This document shows, in pieces, positions 51,447 through 61,274 of a stretch of 61,973 nucleotides of DNA; the stretch's first letter is position 1; each line of letters starts with the position of its first letter. Position numbers and translations under genes: made by a program. A model generated the notes under the pieces. It ran no database searches. It saw only the letters and a program-made list of their open reading frames with translations, and was not told the DNA's origin. The DNA is taken from contig CAYTXS010000001.1 in the NCBI GenBank assembly GCA_964441585.1, forward strand, positions 1 through 61,973. Reading direction: 5' to 3'. The stretch comes from an uncultured Thioalkalivibrio sp. (lineage in GTDB: Bacteria; Pseudomonadota; Gammaproteobacteria; Steroidobacterales; XN24).

Positions 51447-53567
51447 ATGCTGCATCTGTTTCGCCTGCTTGTCCTGATCCTCGGGGCTTTCGCCGTCTTT
51501 GCGCCGCCCGTCGCTGCCGATTCGCAGCGGCCCATCACGCACGAGGACCTGTGGCTGATGCCGCGGGTCGGCAGCCCGGAAATCAGCCCCGACGGCCGGT
51601 GGGCGGTCGTGGTGGTCGCCCGGCCGGCCTACGACAGCGACGAACAGGCGAGCCACCTCTGGCTGGTGCCGACCGATGGCAGCGAGTCGCCCCGGCAGCT
51701 GACCTTTGCAGATGGCGCGGAATCCGGCGCAAGCTGGAGTCCCGACAGCACGCGCATCGCATTCACAACACAGCGCGAAGGCGACGAGGCGCCCCAGGTC
51801 TACGTGCTCGACCTGGCGATGGGCGGTGAAGCCCGACGTGTCACGTCGATCAGCACCGGTGCGCGCAAACCGATCTTTTCCCCGGACGGCGGTCGCATCG
51901 CTTTCGTCAGCGACGTGCATCCCGACAGTCGCAGCGACGCGGACAGCCGGCGCATCAGCGAGAAAGAAGAGGCCCGCAAGCACGAGGTGCTGACCTACAC
52001 CGGCTTCCCGATTCGCAACTGGGACCGGTGGCGCACCGAGCGCCAGCCGCGCCTGATGGTGCAGGGGTTGGACGAGCGCGAGGCGCGGGATCTGCTCGCC
52101 GGCAGCGCCCTCGTCGCGTTACCGGGTTACGACGGCCGGCCGACACCGGGCGGCAGCGAGCTCGACGCCCGCTGGGCGCCGGACGGCGAATCGCTGGTGT
52201 TCGTCGCAAGCACCAATCGCCATCGTGCCGCCTTCGCCTTTACCCATACCGACCTGTGGCAGGTTGCGGCGAGCGGCGGCGAGCCGCGCCGCCTGACCGG
52301 CGGATCGGTCGACGCGGAAGGCGACAACTGGGGTTCGCCGACTTTCAGTCCCGACGGTAGCAGCCTTTATGCGACCCGCACGCCGCGCACCGATCGGGTG
52401 TACAACGCCGCGCGGCTGGTGCGTCTCGACTGGCCGGCGGCATCGGTGGCTGGTGAGATCGAGATGCCCGAGCAGCGCCGCGTGCGCCGTTTCGCCGTTG
52501 CCCCCGACAGCCGGGAAGTTTTCATCCTGGCGGAAAATGCCGGCCACGTGCGGCTTTACCGGGCGAAGGTCCGCGATGGCCGGGCGCAGCCGGCCTTCGA
52601 CATGGAAGCGGGGATCTACAGCGACCTTTCGATTTCCAGTCTCGGCCGACGCCCGGTGCTCCTGGCGCGCTTCGAAAGCTCGGTCAGCCCGGCGGAAGTG
52701 GTCCGGATCGACCTGCGCAACGGCGGGCACCAGGCGCTCACGTCGTTCACCGCCGAGCATGTCGCGCCGCTGGACATGCAGCGGCCGGAGCATTTCTGGT
52801 TCGAAAACGAGCACGGTACGCCGATCCACAGCCTGCTGGTGCGCCCCGCGGGCTTCGATCCTCAGCGGCGTTACCCCCTGCTGGTGCTGATCCACGGCGG
52901 CCCGCACGGGATGTTCCGGGACTATTTCCATCTGCGCTGGAACTATCACCTGCTGGCCGGCTCGGATTACGTGGTGCTGGCGACCAACTACACCGGTTCG
53001 ACGGGCTTCGGCGAGGCTTTCGCCCAGTCTATCCAGGGTGATCCGCTACGCGGGCCTGCCGAGGAGATCAACCAGGCGGCGGACGTGGCCATCGAGCGCT
53101 ACGGCTTCATCGATGGCGAGCGGCAGTGCGCCGCCGGGGCCAGTTACGGAGGGCATCTCGCCAACTGGTTGCAGGGGACGACCGACAGGTATCGCTGCCT
53201 GGTCAGTCACGCGGGCCTGGTCAACCTGATGACTCAGTGGGGCACCAGTGACGCGGTCTACCATCGCGAGGAAAATATCGGCGGGCCGCCATGGGAAGTG
53301 CCGGACTTGTGGGATGAGCAGAATCCGATCCGCTTCGCCGCCGAGTGGTCCACGCCGGTATTGGTGACCATCGGGCAGCTCGACTACCGCGTGCCCATCA
53401 ATAACGTCCTCGAGTACTGGACCGCACTGCAGCGGCAACAGGTGGAAAGCCGCCTGCTGGTTTATCCGCATGAGAACCACTGGATCCTGGACGGTCACAA
53501 CAGCCGCCACTTCTACGGGGAGATAGCCACCTGGCTGCAGCGATGGCTGCTCGATCCGGAGAGCTGA
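51447..53567 (+). CDS. Exported S9 family peptidase (S9C-like)
   Basis: Signal peptide, PD40-type repeats (SPDG), IHGGPH, GASYGG, DYRVP, ENHWI. Confidence 0.92.
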   Translation: MLHLFRLLVLILGAFAVFAPPVAADSQRPITHEDLWLMPRVGSPEISPDGRWAVVVVARPAYDSDEQASHLWLVPTDGSESPRQLTFADGAESGASWSPDSTRIAFTTQREGDEAPQVYVLDLAMGGEARRVTSISTGARKPIFSPDGGRIAFVSDVHPDSRSDADSRRISEKEEARKHEVLTYTGFPIRNWDRWRTERQPRLMVQGLDEREARDLLAGSALVALPGYDGRPTPGGSELDARWAPDGESLVFVASTNRHRAAFAFTHTDLWQVAASGGEPRRLTGGSVDAEGDNWGSPTFSPDGSSLYATRTPRTDRVYNAARLVRLDWPAASVAGEIEMPEQRRVRRFAVAPDSREVFILAENAGHVRLYRAKVRDGRAQPAFDMEAGIYSDLSISSLGRRPVLLARFESSVSPAEVVRIDLRNGGHQALTSFTAEHVAPLDMQRPEHFWFENEHGTPIHSLLVRPAGFDPQRRYPLLVLIHGGPHGMFRDYFHLRWNYHLLAGSDYVVLATNYTGSTGFGEAFAQSIQGDPLRGPAEEINQAADVAIERYGFIDGERQCAAGASYGGHLANWLQGTTDRYRCLVSHAGLVNLMTQWGTSDAVYHREENIGGPPWEVPDLWDEQNPIRFAAEWSTPVLVTIGQLDYRVPINNVLEYWTALQRQQVESRLLVYPHENHWILDGHNSRHFYGEIATWLQRWLLDPES

Positions 53568-53574
53568 TTCTTCC

Positions 53575-53602
53575 TCAAGTTTCGCCGGCAATCTGCCGAT
53601 AG
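53575..53602 (+). promoter_or_regulatory. Possible sigma-28 (FliA) promoter
   Basis: TCAAGTTT-N12-GCCGATAG versus consensus TAAAGTTT-N11-GCCGATAA (spacer one nt long). Confidence 0.45.
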
Positions 53603-53638
53603 CTCAGAGAGATACGTACTTCTCGGGCGGATTTTTTC

Positions 53639-54514
53639 ATGGTTGGGCACAGGCTCCAAGGCTGGGTCGCGACGTTGCTCTTGTGCTTGCCGGCGTCCGC
53701 GATGCCGGGGGAGCCACTGGTTTTCGTGCCCCTGCCGATGGAGAACCCGCGCAACACGGTCGCGCATAGCCAGGCGCTGGCGGCACACCTGCAGCGGTTG
53801 CATGGCGGACCGGTAACGATTCGGCATCTTGCCGATTACAGCGAAATTCTGCGCGCCTTCGTGGCGGATGAAATCGACTTGCTGCACCTCGGTCCGCTGC
53901 CTTTGCGCGAGCTGCAGCTGATGGCGCCCGATGCCGTCGTCGTGGCCGGCTTTCTTGGCAGCGACGGGAAGGCGCATTACACCTGCACGCTCGCATCAGC
54001 GACCGATATCCCGACCGGGCTGAGTGCGCCGAATGAACAGCGACTGCACGAAGTGCCGCAGCCGCCCGCGCGCATTGCGCTCACCCAGCCGATATCGACC
54101 TGCGGCTACCTGGCCAGCGCCTGGTTGTTGCAACACGGCGGCGCGGACATCGAGGAGATGTCCGCCGACTATCTCGGTAGCCACGAGGCGGTGGCCCTCG
54201 CACTGGTGGGGGGCAAGTACGCCTTCGGCGGGCTAAAGCGGACGATCGCCGATCGCTATAGCCAACTGGGCCTCCGCGTTATTGCAGAGACGGAGCCCTT
54301 GCCGGGTTTCGTGCTCGTCGCCAACGGGCGCACCATGACGCTCGAGCAGATCGAGACACTGCGTGCAGGCTTGCTCGCCACCGCTGCGGACACACTGTCC
54401 GGACTGGAACTCGGTCGCCATGGTTTTGCTCCGGTCGACGAGGCATCGCTGGCGACGATCGAGCGCATGATCCGTGAAACCGGATTCCGGCTTTCCGCAG
54501 GTTCTGGTTACTGA
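53639..54514 (+). CDS. PhnD-like substrate-binding protein
   Basis: Signal peptide, FVPLPME, DLLHLGPLP, QPISTCGYL, GSHEAVALAL. Confidence 0.8.
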   Translation: MVGHRLQGWVATLLLCLPASAMPGEPLVFVPLPMENPRNTVAHSQALAAHLQRLHGGPVTIRHLADYSEILRAFVADEIDLLHLGPLPLRELQLMAPDAVVVAGFLGSDGKAHYTCTLASATDIPTGLSAPNEQRLHEVPQPPARIALTQPISTCGYLASAWLLQHGGADIEEMSADYLGSHEAVALALVGGKYAFGGLKRTIADRYSQLGLRVIAETEPLPGFVLVANGRTMTLEQIETLRAGLLATAADTLSGLELGRHGFAPVDEASLATIERMIRETGFRLSAGSGY

Positions 54515-54516
54515 GC

Positions 54517-57500
54517 ATGGGTTTTACGCGCAACTATCGCCACCGCCCCTCTCTGATCGGACTCGTCCTTCTGTTGCTGGCGATCATGTGGCTGGTGACC
54601 CTGGGTTATTTCCATCACCGTCGGGCCCAGGCCACCGATTATCTCCTCACGCAGGCATCCACCAGCCAGGCACTGGCGTGGGCGGCGGCGCAGTCGATGC
54701 ACCGCGACAGCATACGGACCTATTTCGAGGAATATGTGCTCCAGCCCACTACGCTGGAACTGCTGCGGCAGGCGCAGGAGCCCGCTCTGCGCGACAGCGC
54801 CCGGATCCAGCTGTATCGGCATCTCTACGATGTCTACAGCCGCCTGCAGGACCGCGGGCTGCGTGAATTGCACTTCCATCTTCCGGACAGTCGCAGCCTG
54901 TTGCGCTTCCATCTGCCCGACCGCTTCGACGACGGACTCGGCGAAGTTCGGCCTGCGGTCGAACAGGCCAACAGTTCGCTCGAGCCGGTCAGTGGTTTCG
55001 AGGTCGGTCGCACCACGACCGGCTTGCGCACGATATTTCCCGTCGTCGATGCTTCCGGCCGCCACCTGGGGAGCGTCGGGTTCGGTGTGTCTTTCGATGC
55101 CTTGCGAGAGGAGATGACGCGCCTGCTGCCGAAACGCGAGGTGCAGATGTTGTTGCAACGCTCCGCGGTGGAGGGTGCGGTCTTCGACGACCACCTGACC
55201 CTTTACGCCCCGTGGCCGGTCTCGGAGCGCTTTGTCGTGGAGGACCCGGGCCGGGTGCTGCCGGAGTCAGGGCCGCCGCTGGCACGCTTTGCCAGTGATG
55301 TGATCGAGAACCTCGCCAGGCCGCGCGCGGCCGACGATTTCCTGCAGCGCGAACGCGCCGTTTCGCATCTCGGCGCGGCGCATTTCTCGGCCGTGCTGAC
55401 GCCGATCGAAGACGCATCGGGTCGCGAAATCGGGAAGATCGCGTCTTATGGTCCGGAGCCGGATCTCGGCGAGATCGAATGGACTTTCACGCTGAACATG
55501 GCGATGTCGACGCTGCTCCTGGTGCTGCTGGCCGCCGCGGGCTACGTGGTGCTACGGGAGAACAGCATCAAGCTGCTGGAACGGCGCCGGCTGCAGACCA
55601 TCAACGATACGATGGGCGAAGGCCTGTACGTGATGGATGCCAAGGGCCACATCACGCATGCCAATCGCCGCGCCGGAGAACTGCTGGGCTACGGTGTCCG
55701 CGGGTTGCTCGGCAAGTTTGCGCATCCCCTCTTCCATCGTCATGCCGACGACTACGTCACGCCCGACAGTGAATGCCCGATCCTGATCGCGACGAAGCGC
55801 GGGGAGGAATACCAGGGGCGCGAGCTTTTCGAGCGGGCGGACGGCTCGCGGTTCATCGCCCAGCTCACCAGCCGACCCATTATTCTCAACGGGCGCTTCA
55901 TCGGCTCCGTGACGTCCTTTGCCGATATCAGCGCGGAAATACAGGTTCGCAAGGCGCTCGACGCCAGCGAGGCGCGGTATCGCTCGGTCGTCGAGAACGC
56001 CCGCGACGTCATTTTTCAAGCCGGCCCCGACGGCACGCTGAGTTTTCTCAACCAGGCCTGGGTGCGCGTCACCGGGTTTCCGGTCACGGACTGCATTGGC
56101 GCCCCCCTGGCGGACTTCGTGTTCCCCGCCGATCGTCCCCGGTTCGAGACGATTCTTCATGACCTGGTCAACGGTCGCTCGGACTACGGCCATGTCGAGA
56201 TCCGTTACCGTCGTTCCGTGGGGAATGTCGGCTGGATGGAGTTCAGGGCACGGCGGGTCCCCGCCCCGGACGGGGAAGCCTCGGGCATCTCCGGCACGCT
56301 CGCCGACATCAGTGAGCGGAAGCAGGCCATGGATGCATTGCAGGAAGCCCGCAGCCAGTTGCGGGCGACACTCGATGCGATTCCCGACACGCTCTGTGTC
56401 ATCGACCTCGACGGGTATTTCATCGATTTTCATGCCGCGGGGGCGACCTCCTGCTTCCCCTCGCCGGAACAGGTCATCGGCCACAGCCTCGAAGACGTGT
56501 TGCCGCGAGACGCCGCCGTAAAATCCCGCAAGGCCATGGCCGAGGCGCTGGAGTCAGGATTTTCCGGCGGACATAGATACGCCATCGATACCGCAGCAGA
56601 ATCGCGCTACTTCGAACTCAGCGCCGCGCTGAAGCCGCCCGCGAACGGCGGGAAGCCGAGTTTCGTGTTTGTACTGCGCGATATCACCGAGCGCATGGCG
56701 GCCCAGGAAGAGAAACTCCGGTCGCAGGCGCTCATGGAGGCCGCCGTGGCGAATTCGCCCTCCGGGATCCTGATCGCCGATGCACCCGACGGGACGATCC
56801 GGCTTGCGAACCGCGCCGCCTTCGGTCTTCATGCCGGCGACGAGCGACAGCAGTTCCTCGACGATGCCGCATGGAAGGAACACATGACCGGTTACGAGGT
56901 GCTTCGTGCGGACGGCATGCGCTACCCGAGCAGGGACATGGCCCTGATGCGCGCGTTGCGCAGCGGCGAGCAGACGCTAGGCGAGGAAATTATCGTTCGC
57001 GACATGGCCGGCACGGAGCGCTGGCTGAGCGTGAACGCGGCGCCGATCCGTGGGCCCGAAGACGAGATCATGGCCGGGATCGTCATCTTCCACGACATCA
57101 CGCGACGCAAGCGAACCGAGCAGCGCCTGGAACTCGCCGCCAGCGTCTTCGTGCACACGCGGGACGGCATCACCATCACCGATCCGGACGGCAACATCGT
57201 CGATGTCAACGACGCCTTCACCCGCATCACCGGCTACAGCCGCGAGGAAGTGATCGGGCAGAATCCGAGCATTCTCAGCTCGGGCCGTCACGACGCGGCT
57301 TTCTACGCTGCGATGTGGCGCAGCCTCCAGGACGATGGCTACTGGCAGGGCGAAGTGTCGAATCGCCGCAAGAACGGCGAGATTTACGTGGAGATGCTGA
57401 CCATCACGGTCATCTGGGACGAAGAAGGGCTGCCGCGAAACTACGTCGGGCTGTTTTCCGACATCACGCTGCAGAAGGAGGACCAGCGCAAGTTGGAGCA

Positions 57501-59175
57501 CATCGCGCATTACGATGCATTGACCAACCTGCCCAACCGGATCCTGTTTTCCGATCGTCTCGATCAGGCGATGGCCCAGGCCCGGCGCCACGATCGCAAA
57601 CTGGCCGTGGCTTTCGTCGATCTCGACGGCTTCAAGGATATCAACGATCTCAACGGGCACGAGATCGGTGACGGCCTGTTGACCTGTGTTGCCGAACGCA
57701 TGCAGCGCAACCTCCGGGAAGGTGACACGATCTCGCGGCTCGGCGGCGACGAATTCGTGGCCGTTTTCGTCGACCTGCCCGACGAGGGCGTCGCGGACGA
57801 GATGATCGGCCGCCTGCTGGCGGCGGCGAGCCGACCAGTGTTCCTGGACAACAGGGTGCTGCAGGTGTCGGCCAGTATCGGCGTGACCTTCTATCCGCAG
57901 ACGGAACGCGTCGACGCAGACCAGCTGCTGCGCCAGGCGGACCAGGCCATGTACCAGGCGAAGATCGCGGGCAAGAACCGCTACCACGTTTTCGATATCG
58001 CCAAGGATCGCGATATCCGCGGGCGGCACGAATCGCTCGACCGCATTCAGCAGGCGCTCGACCGCAACGAGTTCCAGTTGCACTACCAGCCGCAGGTCGA
58101 TCTCCGGAGCGGCCGGCTGCGCAGTGTCGAGGCGTTGATCCGCTGGTTTCACCCGGAGCGCGGCTACATTCCGCCGGTGGTGCTGTTCGCCGATGTGCAA
58201 GGCCACGACCTGGAGATCAAGATCGGCGAGTGGGTACTCAACGAGGCGCTCACCCAGGTCGAGCTTTGGCGGGCCGCCGGTCTCGATATCCCCGTCAGCG
58301 TCAACATCAGCGGCCTGCATCTACAGCACCCGGAGTTCGTCAGCCAATTACAGGAGTTTCTCGCGGCCCACCCCGGCGTCCGGCCCGGCCGGCTGGAACT
58401 CGAGGTGCTCGAGGACAGCGCCCTGGAGGATATCGGCCGCGTATCCGAGGTGATCGATGCCTGCGACCAGATCGGCGTGGGGTTCGCGCTGGACGACTTC
58501 GGCACGGGCTATTCTTCGCTGACCTTCCTGCGTCGTCTCCCGGCCCGGGCCCTGAAGATCGACCAGAGTTTCGTCCGCGACCTGCTCGACAATCCGGACG
58601 ACCTCGCCATTCTCGACGGGGTGCTGGGACTCGCCAAGGCCTTTGGCCGCGAAGTCGTGGCGGAAGGTGTGGAGACACCGGCGCTCGGAGAGTTGCTGAT
58701 CCAGATGGGATGCAATGTCGCCCAGGGCTACGGCATCGCCCGCCCCATGCCGGGCAAGGACATTCCGCGCTGGCTGGACGCATGGCATCCTCCGCCGGGC
58801 TGGGTCCAGGCGCGGCGCGTGCGTCGCGAAGACGTGCCGGTGATTCACGGCATCAGCCAGCAGCGCGCGTGGATCCGGCGCATCGAGGAATCCCTCAACA
58901 CCGGTGGGCGTTTTCCCGCGGAGCCGCGCGCGGACGGCTGGAAGCTGCGGCGCTGGCTGGACAACGTGGATCACGATCGCAGGCAACGCCGGCAGGCCGA
59001 TTTCGATTCGCTGGAAGCGAATTACATGCAGTTCATACTCGCCATCCAGACGCTCAAGGAGGCCAATGGCCAGGGCAGGCTGGAGGAGGCGAGGAAACAG
59101 TTGCCTGTCCTGCATGTCGCCATCGATCGCATGCAACAGGGCGTTGCCGCGTTGCTGCAGACCTATCCGAACTGA
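54517..59175 (+). CDS. Cache-5xPAS-GGDEF-EAL c-di-GMP enzyme with degenerate CZB-like tail
   Basis: Two TMs around a Cache-type domain (FHLPDSRSLLRFH..FEVGR); five PAS; REGD...GGDEF; EALIRW, DDFGTGYSS, KIDQSF, EGVE. Confidence 0.93.
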   Translation: MGFTRNYRHRPSLIGLVLLLLAIMWLVTLGYFHHRRAQATDYLLTQASTSQALAWAAAQSMHRDSIRTYFEEYVLQPTTLELLRQAQEPALRDSARIQLYRHLYDVYSRLQDRGLRELHFHLPDSRSLLRFHLPDRFDDGLGEVRPAVEQANSSLEPVSGFEVGRTTTGLRTIFPVVDASGRHLGSVGFGVSFDALREEMTRLLPKREVQMLLQRSAVEGAVFDDHLTLYAPWPVSERFVVEDPGRVLPESGPPLARFASDVIENLARPRAADDFLQRERAVSHLGAAHFSAVLTPIEDASGREIGKIASYGPEPDLGEIEWTFTLNMAMSTLLLVLLAAAGYVVLRENSIKLLERRRLQTINDTMGEGLYVMDAKGHITHANRRAGELLGYGVRGLLGKFAHPLFHRHADDYVTPDSECPILIATKRGEEYQGRELFERADGSRFIAQLTSRPIILNGRFIGSVTSFADISAEIQVRKALDASEARYRSVVENARDVIFQAGPDGTLSFLNQAWVRVTGFPVTDCIGAPLADFVFPADRPRFETILHDLVNGRSDYGHVEIRYRRSVGNVGWMEFRARRVPAPDGEASGISGTLADISERKQAMDALQEARSQLRATLDAIPDTLCVIDLDGYFIDFHAAGATSCFPSPEQVIGHSLEDVLPRDAAVKSRKAMAEALESGFSGGHRYAIDTAAESRYFELSAALKPPANGGKPSFVFVLRDITERMAAQEEKLRSQALMEAAVANSPSGILIADAPDGTIRLANRAAFGLHAGDERQQFLDDAAWKEHMTGYEVLRADGMRYPSRDMALMRALRSGEQTLGEEIIVRDMAGTERWLSVNAAPIRGPEDEIMAGIVIFHDITRRKRTEQRLELAASVFVHTRDGITITDPDGNIVDVNDAFTRITGYSREEVIGQNPSILSSGRHDAAFYAAMWRSLQDDGYWQGEVSNRRKNGEIYVEMLTITVIWDEEGLPRNYVGLFSDITLQKEDQRKLEHIAHYDALTNLPNRILFSDRLDQAMAQARRHDRKLAVAFVDLDGFKDINDLNGHEIGDGLLTCVAERMQRNLREGDTISRLGGDEFVAVFVDLPDEGVADEMIGRLLAAASRPVFLDNRVLQVSASIGVTFYPQTERVDADQLLRQADQAMYQAKIAGKNRYHVFDIAKDRDIRGRHESLDRIQQALDRNEFQLHYQPQVDLRSGRLRSVEALIRWFHPERGYIPPVVLFADVQGHDLEIKIGEWVLNEALTQVELWRAAGLDIPVSVNISGLHLQHPEFVSQLQEFLAAHPGVRPGRLELEVLEDSALEDIGRVSEVIDACDQIGVGFALDDFGTGYSSLTFLRRLPARALKIDQSFVRDLLDNPDDLAILDGVLGLAKAFGREVVAEGVETPALGELLIQMGCNVAQGYGIARPMPGKDIPRWLDAWHPPPGWVQARRVRREDVPVIHGISQQRAWIRRIEESLNTGGRFPAEPRADGWKLRRWLDNVDHDRRQRRQADFDSLEANYMQFILAIQTLKEANGQGRLEEARKQLPVLHVAIDRMQQGVAALLQTYPN

Positions 59176-59205
59176 GTCGGCCGCCTCAAAGGCGTCGCCG
59201 CCCGA

Positions 59206-60489
59206 TCAGGCGTAGCCCAGCGAATCGCGCCGGTTGCGCGGCTTGGCCAGCAGCAGCTGCACGTTACCGATATTGCGCTCCAGGAAGGCGCCTTCGCAGT
59301 AACAGAGGTAATACTCCCAGAGGCGCACGAAGCTGTCCGGGTAGCCCAGCGCGCGCACCGCATCGACGTTTTCGAAGAAACGCTCGCGCCAGCGGTTGAG
59401 GGTCCGGGCGTAATGCAGCCCGATGTCCTGCAGGTGGAGCATCTGCAGGTCTGTGGTGCGGGCGAGGCTGGCGCTCATCGCAGCCACCGAGGGCAGAAAG
59501 CCGCCGGGAAAAACGAAGCGCTGGATGAAGTCGACGGACTTCAGCGCCTGTGCGTAAAGTTCGTCGCGGATCGTGATGGACTGCAACAGCATCAGGCCGT
59601 CCGGCTTGAGCAGGCGTGAGCAGCGTCGAAAGTAGGTGTCCAGGTACTCGTGGCCGACCGCCTCGATCATCTCGATCGAGACGAGCTTGTCGTAGCTGCC
59701 CTCGAGGTCGCGATAGTCGCAAAGCAGCAGTTCTACGCGCTCCTCGAGCCCGGCGGCGCGGATCCGTTCGGCCGCCAGCTCATGCTGCGCACGCGAGATC
59801 GTCGTCGTGGTGACCCGGCAGCCGTAGCGTCCTGCCGCGTGGATGGCGAGGCCCCCCCAGCCCGTGCCGATTTCCAGCAGGTGATCTCCCGGCTTGAGTT
59901 CGAGCTTGCGGCATATCGCGTCCATCTTGGCGATCGACGCCTCTTCCATCGTGGCTTCTGTCGACTCGAAGATGCCGCAGGAATAGTTCATTGTCGGATC
60001 GAGAAAGAGGGCGAAGAACTCGTTACCCAGGTCGTAGTGCGCGGAGATGTTGCGGCGACTGCCCTGGCGACTGTTGCGATTGAGCCAGTGTGCGACGCGC
60101 CGAGCGAGGCCGGCGAGACGTGTGGCACTGCCGTCGACGTCTTCGAGCACATGACGGTTGGCGACCATCATGCGCACGAGCGCCGTCAGGTCGTCGCATT
60201 TCCACAATCCGTGGATATATGCTTCGCCGGCGCTGGTGGTGCCGCCGAACGCCGCGTCTGCCCAGAACTGCGGATGCAGCACCTCGATGTGCGCATGCAG
60301 GCCGTCGGGTCCCGGCTCCCCACCGAATCGCAGCGAGCCTTCGCCGTCGTGGATCTCGAGCACCCCGTGCTCGATGCGAGCCATTCGCTTCAGCAGCAGG
60401 CTGCGTGCAAAGCGCTGCATGCGAGTCGGATGGAGCTGTGTGTCTTCGACGACGGGCGCTTCGCTCGCGGGGATAATGTCTTCTCTCAT
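59206..60489 (-). CDS. cfa: Cyclopropane-fatty-acyl-phospholipid synthase family methyltransferase
   Basis: NISAHYDLGN, LEIGTGWG, SIEMIEAVG, FPGGFLPS, WEYYLCYCEGAF. Confidence 0.9.
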   Translation of the reverse strand: MREDIIPASEAPVVEDTQLHPTRMQRFARSLLLKRMARIEHGVLEIHDGEGSLRFGGEPGPDGLHAHIEVLHPQFWADAAFGGTTSAGEAYIHGLWKCDDLTALVRMMVANRHVLEDVDGSATRLAGLARRVAHWLNRNSRQGSRRNISAHYDLGNEFFALFLDPTMNYSCGIFESTEATMEEASIAKMDAICRKLELKPGDHLLEIGTGWGGLAIHAAGRYGCRVTTTTISRAQHELAAERIRAAGLEERVELLLCDYRDLEGSYDKLVSIEMIEAVGHEYLDTYFRRCSRLLKPDGLMLLQSITIRDELYAQALKSVDFIQRFVFPGGFLPSVAAMSASLARTTDLQMLHLQDIGLHYARTLNRWRERFFENVDAVRALGYPDSFVRLWEYYLCYCEGAFLERNIGNVQLLLAKPRNRRDSLGYA

Positions 60490-61274
60490 CCTGAATTCTC
60501 CATGCCGGGATCACGCTTCGCCGGATGCGTGTAAAAGGTGGCGCCTTTCAGTTTCAGCTTGAGGGCCTGCCAGTAGATCAGTGTCACGACGCGCAGAGTC
60601 ATGAAGGGAAATCGCAGCAGCGCGCCAGCGAGCGAGGCGCCCGTGATCTCGCGGCGTCGCAGCCGCAGGGTCGCGTCGAAGGCATGCCGGCCCTCCTGCT
60701 CGTTGCGCAGATGGACGGACAGGCGCTCGCCAGGCGCGGAGAAACGCCACTGGTAATGGGTCTCCATCGGCAGGAAAGGCGACACGTGGAATTCTTTTTC
60801 CAGTTCGAATTCCTGCAGCGGGCCGCGCATGCGCGCCTCGTCCCGCGGTAACACATAGCAGTGCGTTTCGCCCCAGGGCGTGTTCCGGACCTCGGCGACG
60901 ATCGTCTCGACGCGCGTGCCGCTCCCGTCGTAACAATAGAAGAAACTCACCGGGTTGAAGCAATGACCGAAATAGCGCAGGTGCGCCAGCATGCGGATTG
61001 GCCCGGCCGGCGTGCGCCCCGTGCGACTGGCGACGAGTTGGCGCACGGCCCGGTCCATGGATGTCGCCGGGTCGCCGAAATGATCCTCACGCTTGAGCCA
61101 CGCCAGCGCCCTGCGATGCGTGGACCAGAACCAGCGGCCGCGAAACACCGTGTCGAGTTCTTCGAGGTCCAGCCATAACATGAAAATGCCGTACTCGAAG
61201 GCATTGGACACCGGATCCCGACCGCCGCCATGGCGGCGGTGGCTAACTCGCCCGAAGTAGAGGCAGCTCTGCAT
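60486..61274 (-). CDS. DUF1365 family protein
   Basis: FNPVSFFYC, EVRNTPWGE, KEFHVSPF, IYWQALKL. Confidence 0.9.
   Translation of the reverse strand: MQSCLYFGRVSHRRHGGGRDPVSNAFEYGIFMLWLDLEELDTVFRGRWFWSTHRRALAWLKREDHFGDPATSMDRAVRQLVASRTGRTPAGPIRMLAHLRYFGHCFNPVSFFYCYDGSGTRVETIVAEVRNTPWGETHCYVLPRDEARMRGPLQEFELEKEFHVSPFLPMETHYQWRFSAPGERLSVHLRNEQEGRHAFDATLRLRRREITGASLAGALLRFPFMTLRVVTLIYWQALKLKLKGATFYTHPAKRDPGMENSG

Noticed and set aside
53594-53632. GCCGATAGCTCAG resembling a tRNA 5' end
   Set aside because: No T-arm (GTTCRA), acceptor stem or cloverleaf; better explained as a sigma-28-like -10 plus a small hairpin.
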